DNA of 64,000 nt from an uncultured Gammaproteobacteria bacterium. GTDB lineage: Bacteria; Patescibacteriota; Microgenomatia; UBA10105; UBA927. The translations under genes and the position numbers were made by a program. The stretch covers positions 30,519 to 94,518 of the forward strand of contig CAYUUX010000002.1 in NCBI GenBank assembly GCA_964448085.1. Reading direction: 5' to 3'. Shown piece by piece: positions 28,820 through 37,828 of the stretch. The notes below the pieces were generated by a model. The model saw only the letters and a program-made list of their open reading frames with translations. It was not told where the DNA came from and searched no databases. Position 1 is the first letter of the stretch. Each line of letters starts with the position of its first letter.

Positions 28820-29680
28820 ATGAGCACAGATCTCAAAGCCACAAATGAGCAGTTTGTTGAATATCTTACATCCAGACGGCGCGCTCGGGCAACTGTTGTT
28901 GCGTACAAAAAAGATATCGACCAACTGCTATCATTTTTTACCACGATGGGTAAAAAAGCAATTGCCGAAGTGACATACGATGAAATAACTGCATTTTTAA
29001 AAAAACTTGCAAACGATAGCTATACTCCCAAGTCAATATCAAGAAAAATTAATTCCATCAAAACCTTTTTCCGATTCCTCAAAGCGTCTGGAGTCATACA
29101 AACAGATCCGGCACTTGAAGTCGCACACCCAAAATACGAGGTAAAACCCCCAAGGATCCTTTCAAAGCTTGAGTACCGAGCGTTGCGGGATACCTGTCGC
29201 AGCGACGTTCGGATGTATGCAATTGTCGAACTATTCTTGCAGACGGGTATCCGCATTGGCGAGCTTGCTGCACTTACCATGGATGACGTGAAACAAAACG
29301 AGCTGCACATAGCTGCGCAGGAGGGTCACGAAGAACGGATGGTTCCTTTAAATAAGGCTGCCCTTGAGGCTCTGGAAAAATATCGCGTGGGGCGAGCTGA
29401 TATGACAAAAAGCACAGCGCTTTTTATCACAAAGACTGGGCGGCCACTGTTGATACGCAATATTAGAACGGCAATTGATCGGTATTTCCGGATTGCGGGT
29501 ATTGAAGGGGCAAAAGTCAATGATCTTCGCCATACATTTATCGCACATCATCTTCTTGCTGGAACGCCAATAACGACCCTTTCCAAGCTGGTAGGTCACA
29601 AACGCCTATCCACAACGGAGAAATATTTAGAGCTTGTGAAGGGAAATCAATCTGAGCGCGTCAAATTGGAAGAATTGTAA
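28820..29680 (+). CDS. Tyrosine recombinase, XerC/XerD family
   Basis: SAM-like N domain, TGIRIGEL, NDLRHTF and LVGH...TTEKY motifs. Confidence 0.9.
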   Translation: MSTDLKATNEQFVEYLTSRRRARATVVAYKKDIDQLLSFFTTMGKKAIAEVTYDEITAFLKKLANDSYTPKSISRKINSIKTFFRFLKASGVIQTDPALEVAHPKYEVKPPRILSKLEYRALRDTCRSDVRMYAIVELFLQTGIRIGELAALTMDDVKQNELHIAAQEGHEERMVPLNKAALEALEKYRVGRADMTKSTALFITKTGRPLLIRNIRTAIDRYFRIAGIEGAKVNDLRHTFIAHHLLAGTPITTLSKLVGHKRLSTTEKYLELVKGNQSERVKLEEL

Positions 29681-29727
29681 ACAATTCTTCTTGTCTCTTC
29701 CGATCATTTTAGACTACAATACACTGT

Positions 29728-29925
29728 ATGAGTTGCGAAAAATCAGGCAACCCTGAAGATTCTCAACGTTTCTACCAAGAGTTGCGAAAAGAAGAAAGAC
29801 TTTATCCGTGGGGTGAGCCGCAAACTCATATTTCTGGACGCCCGCATCACCTCGCGTTTCCGCAATGGGCTGGTGAATTGCAGCGTTCGTACGGTGCACA
29901 CAGAAGGGGTCCAACGCGAAGATGA
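29728..29925 (+). CDS. Small hypothetical protein (65 aa) upstream of valS
   Basis: TACAAT lies 7 nt before the ATG; the stop overlaps the GAGGA RBS of valS. Confidence 0.4.
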   Translation: MSCEKSGNPEDSQRFYQELRKEERLYPWGEPQTHISGRPHHLAFPQWAGELQRSYGAHRRGPTRR

Positions 29926-29932
29926 GGAATAT

Positions 29933-32182
29933 ATGGAAAAAACATATTCAGCAAAACACGTAGAGCAGGATATCTACCGCATGTGGGAGGAAGGCGGTTA
30001 TTTTACCCCAACAATTGATCCATCAAAAAAACCTTTTACGATCCTTCTCCCCCTTCCGAACGCAAATGATCCCATGCATATGGGCCACGCAATGTTCACG
30101 GTTCAGGACATTCTTGTCCGATACCATAGAATGAAGGGAGACCCGACCTTGTGGCTTCCCGGCGGGGATCATGCGGGTATAGAAACCCAATTCGTTTTTG
30201 AAAAAAAACTGGCAAAAGAAGGAAAAAGCAGATTCGATTTTGATCGTGACACCCTGTACAAAATGATTGCAGAGTTTGTCGACGAAAATAAAACCATCAA
30301 TCGTGATCAAATGAAACGATTGGGATTTTCACTCGACTGGACTAGGTACCATTATAGTTTGGAGCCAAATATCATTGCGTTTGTTCTGGATACTTTTCGA
30401 AAACTCCACGACGACCATCTTTTGTATCGGGATGAAAAGCTCGTCAATTACTGTACTAAATGTGGTACCAGTTTTTCCGATCTTGAAGTTAAACACGTTG
30501 AAAAAATTGATAAGCTGTACTACATGAAGTACGGTCCTTTTGTTTTGGCAACGACTCGGCCGGAAACAAAATTCGGTGATACGGGAGTTGCTGTGCATCC
30601 AAAAGATAAACGGTACGTACGCTATATTGGGAAAGAAATAGAATTTGAGGGATTGAACGGCACCGTGAAAATGCGCGTCGTCGGCGACGAGGCGGTTGAT
30701 CCGACATTTGGTACGGGAGTTGTTAAAGTCACACCTGCTCATGACATGACGGATTGGGAAATCGGTCAGCGCCACAAACTCCCCATGAAACAAGTGATTG
30801 GTTTTGACGGCAAATTAACCGCAGATACCGGCCCATATGTAGGACTACGAGTAAAAGCGGCAAGAGAAAAAGTGGTGCAAGATCTGCAGGAACGCGGTTT
30901 GATTGACCATATTGACGATGCGTATGTGCATACCGTCGGAACCTGTTACAAATGTGGTTCTGTGTTGGAGCCCCTTCCACTTCCCCAGTGGTTTGTGAAG
31001 ACAAAACCACTGGCAGAGCAAGCAATTGCGGCCGTGAAAGAGGGAAAGACGAAGGTTGTTCCTCTGGCGCGATTTGAAAAATTATATTTTGATTGGCTTG
31101 AGGGTATCCATGACTGGAATATCAGTCGACAAATTGTATGGGGTCCTCGCATACCCGTGTGGTATTGTGCTGATTGTACACCCACGCTTTCGATTACGTT
31201 CATTGATGCGTCGGGTAAGAAGATAAGTGGGATGATTTCCGATCTTCTTGGCACATATACCCTTGATGATATACGAAAAGGGTTGCAATCGGTGGTTGCG
31301 CCCATCAGTGCAACATATACACTGGATAACACGCAGTGTTCAACATGTCATGGCTCGCATTTGATTCAAGAAACTGACACATTTGATACGTGGTTTTTGT
31401 CCGGACAATGGCCTCTGACAACACTTGGATGTCCCGATAGTAAAGATTTTACCTACTTTTATCCAACAACGGTTTTGGATACTATGTGGGACATTCTTTT
31501 CTTTTGGGTTGCACGCATGATGATGTTTGGATTGTACAGAACAGGGAACGTTCCGTTTGAAGTCATACACCTGCACAGTCGTGTCGTTGACAATAAAGGT
31601 CAAAAAATGAGCAAAAGTAAAGGGAACGTTGTGAATCCTTTGGACATGGTCGATACGTACGGTGCAGACGCGCTCCGGATGGCATTAATTTTTGGTTCTG
31701 CACCAGGCAGTGACATTGTTATGTCCGAAGACAAAGTTCGCGGTATGCGAAATTTTGCGAATAAACTTTGGAACATTACACGTTTGTTTACCATGAGCAC
31801 AGAAGGTATGAGCGAGCAGCTTCCCGTTATTGCTTCCCCTGACGATGCGAACCTGACAGATGCCGACAAAAAAATACTCCAAACGCTCAACAGTGTTATA
31901 ACTGACACAACGAGTTCTATTGAGCGGTATCGCCTTTCTGATGCAGCACAACTTCTGTACGACTTTCTGTGGCATACATTTGCAGATGTGTATCTTGAAG
32001 AAAATAAAAACAGGTATAAAGAAAAAGATACATATGCGCTTGCAGTATATCGCCATGTTTTGCTTGCAAGCCTTGCGCTTTTGCATCCGTTCATGCCGTT
32101 TGTAACGGAGCACTGTTATCAACAGTTGCAACACGCCACAAAAACACCTCTTATTACCGCCCCGTGGCCACAAGCACTCTAA
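29933..32182 (+). CDS. valS: Valine--tRNA ligase (short form without C-terminal coiled coil)
   Basis: HMGH, DHAGIETQ, TTRPET, DWNISRQ, DTFDTWF and KMSKS motifs. Start ATG 29933 follows GAGGA. Confidence 0.95.
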   Translation: MEKTYSAKHVEQDIYRMWEEGGYFTPTIDPSKKPFTILLPLPNANDPMHMGHAMFTVQDILVRYHRMKGDPTLWLPGGDHAGIETQFVFEKKLAKEGKSRFDFDRDTLYKMIAEFVDENKTINRDQMKRLGFSLDWTRYHYSLEPNIIAFVLDTFRKLHDDHLLYRDEKLVNYCTKCGTSFSDLEVKHVEKIDKLYYMKYGPFVLATTRPETKFGDTGVAVHPKDKRYVRYIGKEIEFEGLNGTVKMRVVGDEAVDPTFGTGVVKVTPAHDMTDWEIGQRHKLPMKQVIGFDGKLTADTGPYVGLRVKAAREKVVQDLQERGLIDHIDDAYVHTVGTCYKCGSVLEPLPLPQWFVKTKPLAEQAIAAVKEGKTKVVPLARFEKLYFDWLEGIHDWNISRQIVWGPRIPVWYCADCTPTLSITFIDASGKKISGMISDLLGTYTLDDIRKGLQSVVAPISATYTLDNTQCSTCHGSHLIQETDTFDTWFLSGQWPLTTLGCPDSKDFTYFYPTTVLDTMWDILFFWVARMMMFGLYRTGNVPFEVIHLHSRVVDNKGQKMSKSKGNVVNPLDMVDTYGADALRMALIFGSAPGSDIVMSEDKVRGMRNFANKLWNITRLFTMSTEGMSEQLPVIASPDDANLTDADKKILQTLNSVITDTTSSIERYRLSDAAQLLYDFLWHTFADVYLEENKNRYKEKDTYALAVYRHVLLASLALLHPFMPFVTEHCYQQLQHATKTPLITAPWPQAL

Positions 32183-32191
32183 AGACTGTCT

Positions 32192-33112
32192 TTACAATGT
32201 TGGGGGTGTTGTTGGAAGAAGCGATGGAATCGGAATGACAGAGCCTTTCGTATTTCCAGTGAACACCAAAGTATTGACGATTGCGTTGAAGACCGTTTCA
32301 TCGGACGCGAAATCTGCTGCAATGCCGCTTGGAGAAAAATGATTGATTTCCAACGATAGTGTATCGGAAACCTCAATCATGTATCCGCGCATTTGGGAAA
32401 ACGCATATCCTCCGATTGTCGATCCGTTCGTTATATTGGTAAATTCCATAGCGGGTTTTCCTGCAACAGTTGTTGCCTTTGTCGTAAAAGCTTTTCCTCC
32501 AGCATCACTGATAATTTTTCCTCGAAAATCTGCGAGAACCTGTCCTGCGCCGCGAAGCGCTACGGTAAACCGCGTTCCGCCGGGAAGATAGGTTCCTTGA
32601 GATCCGCACGCTGATCCGTCGCAGACAAGCGGAAGCACCGTGTTGGGAAGTTGGAGTTGAATTTCTTCGTACGGTTTTCTGGTTGTTCCGTTAAGGATAT
32701 ATTGCGCATTTGAGATAGTTGCAGATGGTGTGGTTGCCTTTGTTTCAGATGGATATGGCTCCGGTTGGAGTCCTATTTCCGTTGCTTGAGGCGCATCAGG
32801 TGGCGTAATTGAAGGTTTTGCCGTAATAGGTAACTGGATTTTCGGAGGTGAATTCAACAGATTTCGTATTAGGCCGCTTAAGGCAAATCCTATGACAAAC
32901 AACACGATAAAAAAGATGGCACCTTTGACAAAACCAAGAAATCCGGATCGTTTTTTTGGTGGTTCTTGTTGGGGTGTCGCGTCTGAAGGAGGACTTTGTT
33001 CGACAACAGGAGTGAGAATCGGTGTTTCCTCGTAGGTCATATCTGGGTGTTGCGATGAAGGAAATTCCACGGGTGATTGTGTTCCTGAAGGATTTGCGTT
33101 GGTATCATCCAT
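32192..33112 (-). CDS. Single-pass membrane protein with Pro/Thr-rich linker and extracellular domain
   Basis: P/T-rich termini, one TM, CDGSAC. Confidence 0.7.
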   Translation of the reverse strand: MDDTNANPSGTQSPVEFPSSQHPDMTYEETPILTPVVEQSPPSDATPQQEPPKKRSGFLGFVKGAIFFIVLFVIGFALSGLIRNLLNSPPKIQLPITAKPSITPPDAPQATEIGLQPEPYPSETKATTPSATISNAQYILNGTTRKPYEEIQLQLPNTVLPLVCDGSACGSQGTYLPGGTRFTVALRGAGQVLADFRGKIISDAGGKAFTTKATTVAGKPAMEFTNITNGSTIGGYAFSQMRGYMIEVSDTLSLEINHFSPSGIAADFASDETVFNAIVNTLVFTGNTKGSVIPIPSLLPTTPPTL

Positions 33113-33150
33113 ATGAAGATTATTGTTTCACGGGTGCTCGATGCTGTCAA

Positions 33151-33714
33151 TCACGCGCGCTCAACATAACTTCCGGTTTCCGGATCTATTGCAATACGTT
33201 CCCCTTGTTTGATAAACAAAGGGACGGTGACAACGGCACCCGTTTCTACAACAACAGTCTTTGTTGCTCCTGATACGGTATTGCCCCGTGCGCCGTCGGT
33301 TGCCTCAGTAACCAACAGGCGTACTTTTTTGGGAAGCCGGATACCAATAGCTTCTTCTTCATGAATCAGCACCTGGTATGTGTCGTTGGGTTTGAGATAT
33401 TTAACAAAATCCCCCAACAATACTCCTGGTACAGTCACCTGATCGAATGATACATTATCCATGAAAACGAACCCCTCACCTTCCGGATATAAATACTGCA
33501 TTTCGTGCGTTTCAACCGGAAGCTCCTCGACAGATTCCCCGGATTTATAGGTAAATTCCTGAACTTTGCCCGTTTTGAGTGATTTGAGTCTGGTTCGTAC
33601 AAACGCAGAACCCTTTCCCGGATTTACGTGTTGGAACTCCACGATTTGATGGGGTTCATCCTTAAATGTGACAAATAACCCCTTTTTGAATTCTGATGTA
33701 GAGATGATAGACAT
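33151..33714 (-). CDS. efp: Elongation factor P
   Basis: HVNPGKGSAFVR and ETGAVVTVPLFI motifs; start moved to ATG 33714. Confidence 0.97.
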   Translation of the reverse strand: MSIISTSEFKKGLFVTFKDEPHQIVEFQHVNPGKGSAFVRTRLKSLKTGKVQEFTYKSGESVEELPVETHEMQYLYPEGEGFVFMDNVSFDQVTVPGVLLGDFVKYLKPNDTYQVLIHEEEAIGIRLPKKVRLLVTEATDGARGNTVSGATKTVVVETGAVVTVPLFIKQGERIAIDPETGSYVERA

Positions 33715-33739
33715 GGAAGGTATTATCGCACGAAGCGGA

Positions 33740-34777
33740 TCACTTTTCAAACAGATCTTTTGGTGGAAAAAATGTCGTATCGTTAATATCCCTCGTATTT
33801 GCAAAGAGCATGCACAACCGGTCGATTCCCAATGCAATGCCGCTTGTCTCCGGCATCCCTACTCGAAGCGCTTCAATAAAATCATGATCATATTCATACA
33901 TGGTGTGACCTTTTTTTTGAATTTCTCGCATTTCTTTTTCAAACCGGCTTTTCTGTTCTTGCCAGTCAGTCAATTCTTCGTAGCAATCCGCAAGTTCAAG
34001 ACCCTCAATATAAAGCTCAAAGCGCCTTGCAAAACGTGGATCGTTTACGTCTTTTTTCGCAAGTGCTGCGATAGACGATGGGAATCCATAGAGGATCGTG
34101 GGATGGTTTTTCCCAATGTGTGGTTCAATCTCATTGAGAAAGATCTGATTATACAGTTCTTCCCATGTGGTGTTTGGCATGATTGTATATCCTTTTGCTT
34201 TTGCAAGCTTTTTTGCTTGCCGTATTGAAAAAAACGTATGGAGGTCGATATGTGCATAGCGTTGAAACGCTTCAGCTACAGAAATTCGTTCCCATTTTTT
34301 ATTCAGGTCGCAGACATGGTGTTGGTATTGAAACTTTCCGCTTATCCCCAGGGAGGATGCGATTGACAGAAGGAGGTCTTGGCAATCCTTCATGATACGC
34401 TCGTATGCGTCTCCTACTCTATACCATTCCAGAATCGTAAATTCCGGAAGATGAGATTCGCTTTGATTTTCCGTATTGCGGAAGCTTTTGGTTATCGAAT
34501 AACAATTGCCGATGCCCGCAACAATGAGTTTTTTTAGCGCCAATTCCGGGGATGTTGAAAGGTATGCACGCGTTTTGTTCCTTTGCCTATCCAAAAGATC
34601 CGTTTCAAACACTTCAAGGTATGATTCCGCAGCGGGATAGCGGATAAGCATGGGGGTTTCAACCTCGTGAAATCGTCTGGTTTCAAAAAAAGAACGTATG
34701 GCTGTAATTACTTTTTCGCGAAGAAAATACTTGTCCCAGAGAGCGGGCGTGTTTTTCAGTTTTTGCCAGGTTTTCAT
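33740..34777 (-). CDS. epmA: EF-P lysine aminoacylase (EpmA/GenX/PoxA)
   Basis: LysRS-like catalytic domain only (YLSTSPE, FRN.E...H.PEFTILEWY, RFELY, GIALGIDRL), adjacent to efp. Confidence 0.9.
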   Translation of the reverse strand: MKTWQKLKNTPALWDKYFLREKVITAIRSFFETRRFHEVETPMLIRYPAAESYLEVFETDLLDRQRNKTRAYLSTSPELALKKLIVAGIGNCYSITKSFRNTENQSESHLPEFTILEWYRVGDAYERIMKDCQDLLLSIASSLGISGKFQYQHHVCDLNKKWERISVAEAFQRYAHIDLHTFFSIRQAKKLAKAKGYTIMPNTTWEELYNQIFLNEIEPHIGKNHPTILYGFPSSIAALAKKDVNDPRFARRFELYIEGLELADCYEELTDWQEQKSRFEKEMREIQKKGHTMYEYDHDFIEALRVGMPETSGIALGIDRLCMLFANTRDINDTTFFPPKDLFEK

Positions 34778-35061
34778 CGCGCCCGCTTCTTCTTTACTGA
34801 CATTTGTTTTGTTTTTTCAGAGGTAAACAGTTTTACGACAAATACCAAATAACAGATTTCTAGAATGCCCGCAGTGTTAATAAACAGGAGCGCTATAAAC
34901 CACCATTTTTCCTCGCGACGGGCAGCGTGCCAAAGCGCTATGCCCTTCCATACCGAGCTCCAGAGAATTGTCGGAATAAATCCCCAATGCAGCCACGGCG
35001 TGATCATCGCATTGGTTCCATACATCCAAGACCACCCCATATATCCTCCTTTCCAACCCAT
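34774..35061 (-). CDS. DUF5652-like small membrane protein
   Basis: WKGIALWHAARR...WF...NTAGILEICY pattern. Confidence 0.75.
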   Translation of the reverse strand: MGWKGGYMGWSWMYGTNAMITPWLHWGFIPTILWSSVWKGIALWHAARREEKWWFIALLFINTAGILEICYLVFVVKLFTSEKTKQMSVKKKRAR

Positions 35062-35064
35062 GTA

Positions 35065-35748
35065 TTATTTCATGAGCCGATAGATTTTTGCGTTATTTTT
35101 TAAATCAGTGAACCACGGCTGGAGCTTTTCGCCAATTTTTTGCGTAAGAATAGCCTCTTTTGCTTCACTGTTCATACCTGCTGCATCTGTTGCAGAGAGC
35201 ATTGCCGCGTTGTCTTGCACATATGTAGCAATTTCCTCTTCACTAATGACGATGTCTTTTCCAAGCAGTGCCGTAAGCATCATTTGGAGTTTTATTTGAT
35301 CGTCAAAATCGTTTTTGGTGATTCCCTGAAGCTTAAGTGCTTCGTCAAGGGATATACCACCAAAACTTTGAAGAATTTCTGCTTCTTTTGCCTCTATGTC
35401 CTTCTGGCCGATGGCAATTCCCTTTTTGGCAGCTTCATCAGCGATGAGGCGTTCCGCAATCATATTTTCAAGCGTTGTTGTTCCATAGCGGGCAACAAGA
35501 ATCTTGTTTATATTCCATCGGAATATCGGTTTTCCGTTCACCATTGCAGCGACAATCAGTCCGCGGTTTATGGCAAGTAATCCAAGGATAATAATACCAA
35601 GAACTATGGCGACCTTCGCGGTTTTCGGAAACCTGTGTTCACAACAACAAGATTTGTCTGTGCACTCAGGTTGTTTCGTTGGAAATTCCGTTGGAAGTTC
35701 AACTATACTTTTCAGTATTTTTTTACCCTTTTTGGGAGCTTTTGGCAT
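35065..35748 (-). CDS. SurA N-terminal/PrsA-like foldase domain protein
   Basis: TM, AAMVNGKPI, LI..EA.KKGI and W..DLKNNAKI motifs; no parvulin domain. Confidence 0.75.
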   Translation of the reverse strand: MPKAPKKGKKILKSIVELPTEFPTKQPECTDKSCCCEHRFPKTAKVAIVLGIIILGLLAINRGLIVAAMVNGKPIFRWNINKILVARYGTTTLENMIAERLIADEAAKKGIAIGQKDIEAKEAEILQSFGGISLDEALKLQGITKNDFDDQIKLQMMLTALLGKDIVISEEEIATYVQDNAAMLSATDAAGMNSEAKEAILTQKIGEKLQPWFTDLKNNAKIYRLMK

Positions 35749-35829
35749 ACGATCTCCTTTGCAATATGGCAGCCAATAATATGCTCAAATCCTATCATGT
35801 TTTTGCATGCGAAACAAGAAAGAGTTGCG

Positions 35830-36552
35830 TTATCTTTTTGAAGGGCAATACTTCCCTACTACACAGTGTAAACATTGTGGCTTGATTGCCTTACACACAG
35901 CGCGTCCATGATCAATGAGTTGGTATGTGAAGGATCCCCATAGTGTTTTTGGAATGATCAGTTGAAGTTCTTGTTCGATTTTTGACGGGTCGGCGTCTTT
36001 TTTGTAGTCCACACGGCGGATTGTTTCGTCGATATATACAGTACGCTTCCCCCCGATTCTATTTAGATTGATAAGTCGCAGGCGTTGGGAAAGACGAATG
36101 ACGTGCGTATCTACTGCAATTCCTTCAATAATCCCATATGCGTTTGTCAAAACGACATTAGCCGTTTTTCGTGCAACACCCGGAAGCGTGAGCATCTCCT
36201 TCATCGTTTTTGGAACAGAACTGTTATAGTCGGAAATCAGAAGCCGTGCTGTGGCCTGGATATTTTTGGCCTTGGCACGGAAAAAACCTGTTGCATGTAT
36301 GGAAGATTCCAGTTCGTAACTGTTGGCGTTTGCCATGTCCTGCATGGATGGAAATCGCGCAAAGAGATTTGGCGTGATTTTATTGACCATGACATCGGTG
36401 CACTGAGCAGACAATATGACTGCAACCAGTAACTCCCATGGGGTGGTATATGTCAGGGCGATGTGTGCGTTTTGGTATTCCTTTGCAAGAGCAGTCAGAA
36501 TCCGTGCAATTCTCGGGTCGTTTTTCTCTTGCGTATCCTTGCGTTTGGTCAT
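35830..36552 (-). CDS. nth: Endonuclease III
   Basis: LLVAVILSAQCTD, HhH LPGVARKTA, VDTHV and Cx6Cx2Cx5C; start moved to 36552. Confidence 0.93.
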   Translation of the reverse strand: MTKRKDTQEKNDPRIARILTALAKEYQNAHIALTYTTPWELLVAVILSAQCTDVMVNKITPNLFARFPSMQDMANANSYELESSIHATGFFRAKAKNIQATARLLISDYNSSVPKTMKEMLTLPGVARKTANVVLTNAYGIIEGIAVDTHVIRLSQRLRLINLNRIGGKRTVYIDETIRRVDYKKDADPSKIEQELQLIIPKTLWGSFTYQLIDHGRAVCKAIKPQCLHCVVGKYCPSKR

Positions 36553-36603
36553 ACAAATTCCTACAATAGTATCTATAGAAGGTGTATCATTATCCTGTTC
36601 AGA

Positions 36604-37158
36604 ATGCAAAAAATACATTTCCCGCATATTTCCCGAATATTCTCCGCACACGTGTTTGTCCAGATTCAACGGGCAGCTTTATGGATCGGTGTACTTGGAT
36701 TGGTTGGATATAACATTTTTGCTTCCATGTCTGGATTTATGCCTTATGAAGCAGAACGGAAAAACATACTCATGTTTCCTTTTATGGAAGAGTCATACAC
36801 CAGACTTGGCGCTTCGCTTTATGATGTCGGAGAGATATATATGGCAAAACATGAGTTGGATATAGCGCAGGATGTTGCCTCAAAGACGACTTCTTCGTCC
36901 GTTTTGGGTGCCTCTACCCCATCCGAAGCACTTTTTACTTCCTGGGAAACACAGAGAAACTCCTTGGCAACGACGTATGTGTTTTGGCAACACGTGGTTG
37001 ATGAAAAGCCGGACTATCGGGACGCGTATGTATATCTCGCAACACTTGCCTATGCACTCCATATGCGTGAAGATGCCGTTTCTTATCTTGATGCAGCCTA
37101 CGAACTGGATGCAAACAATGCTGTTATAAAACATCTTACAGAGGAAATAAAACGGTAA
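36604..37158 (+). CDS. Membrane-anchored TPR-containing protein
   Basis: TM plus PDYRDAYVYLATLAY...AYELD TPR pattern; start ATG 36604 avoids overlap with nth. Confidence 0.7.
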   Translation: MQKIHFPHISRIFSAHVFVQIQRAALWIGVLGLVGYNIFASMSGFMPYEAERKNILMFPFMEESYTRLGASLYDVGEIYMAKHELDIAQDVASKTTSSSVLGASTPSEALFTSWETQRNSLATTYVFWQHVVDEKPDYRDAYVYLATLAYALHMREDAVSYLDAAYELDANNAVIKHLTEEIKR

Positions 37159-37161
37159 AGG

Positions 37162-37824
37162 TTATTCGGCGGGTTGTTCAGTTTTTTCTTCCGGAGCCTT
37201 CTCTTCTTCTGGTGTTGCAACTGTTCCTTCTGGAGTTGTTTCAACAGGTGGGGCCTCCGGTTCTTTTTCAACAACAAACGCACCAATTTTGGCAACTATC
37301 ACTTCCCCATCAGTGAGCATTGTGACGTGCGATGGAACCGGGAGATTTGCCACAACGATTTGATCATTGACTGCGGCAAGGTGCGTACAATCTACCTCAA
37401 TTTTTTCTGGAAGTTCGGTTGGCAATGCTTCAACCTCCACATGATCAATAAGGCTTAAGAATATTCCTAGCTTTTCTTTTACAGCCAGAGGTTCCCCAAT
37501 AAATTCCAACGGGATTTCTGCGTGCACCTTTTCCTTCAAGTCAACTTGGTGGAATTCAATATGAAGCACAGTGTTGTATACAGGATCTTTCTGAACGGTA
37601 TGGACAAGAACGGGGTGGATTTTCCCTTCGATTGTCAGTTCGATAAGCCCCGTTTCCCCCGTTATTGCATACACCTTGGCAAACTGTGGTTCCCCAACTG
37701 TTATGCTGAGCGGTTGTGTAGTTTTTCCATATACCGTTGCCGGTATAAAACCAGTTGTCCGGAGTTTTTGAACCTTTTTTCCAGTGACAGTTCTTGGTTC
37801 CGCAGGAAGTTTTTGTGTGCTCAT
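37162..37824 (-). CDS. rplY: 50S ribosomal protein L25/Ctc
   Basis: IPATVYG, VQKDPV, HIEFHQV and acidic tail. Confidence 0.93.
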   Translation of the reverse strand: MSTQKLPAEPRTVTGKKVQKLRTTGFIPATVYGKTTQPLSITVGEPQFAKVYAITGETGLIELTIEGKIHPVLVHTVQKDPVYNTVLHIEFHQVDLKEKVHAEIPLEFIGEPLAVKEKLGIFLSLIDHVEVEALPTELPEKIEVDCTHLAAVNDQIVVANLPVPSHVTMLTDGEVIVAKIGAFVVEKEPEAPPVETTPEGTVATPEEEKAPEEKTEQPAE

Positions 37825-37828
37825 GGTG

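Noticed and set aside
19237-29680. Integrative element bounded by tRNAs and mobilised by the tyrosine recombinase
   Set aside because: No duplicated tRNA 3' end (att) or other mobility genes were seen, and the recombinase looks like a housekeeping Xer next to ftsB and valS.
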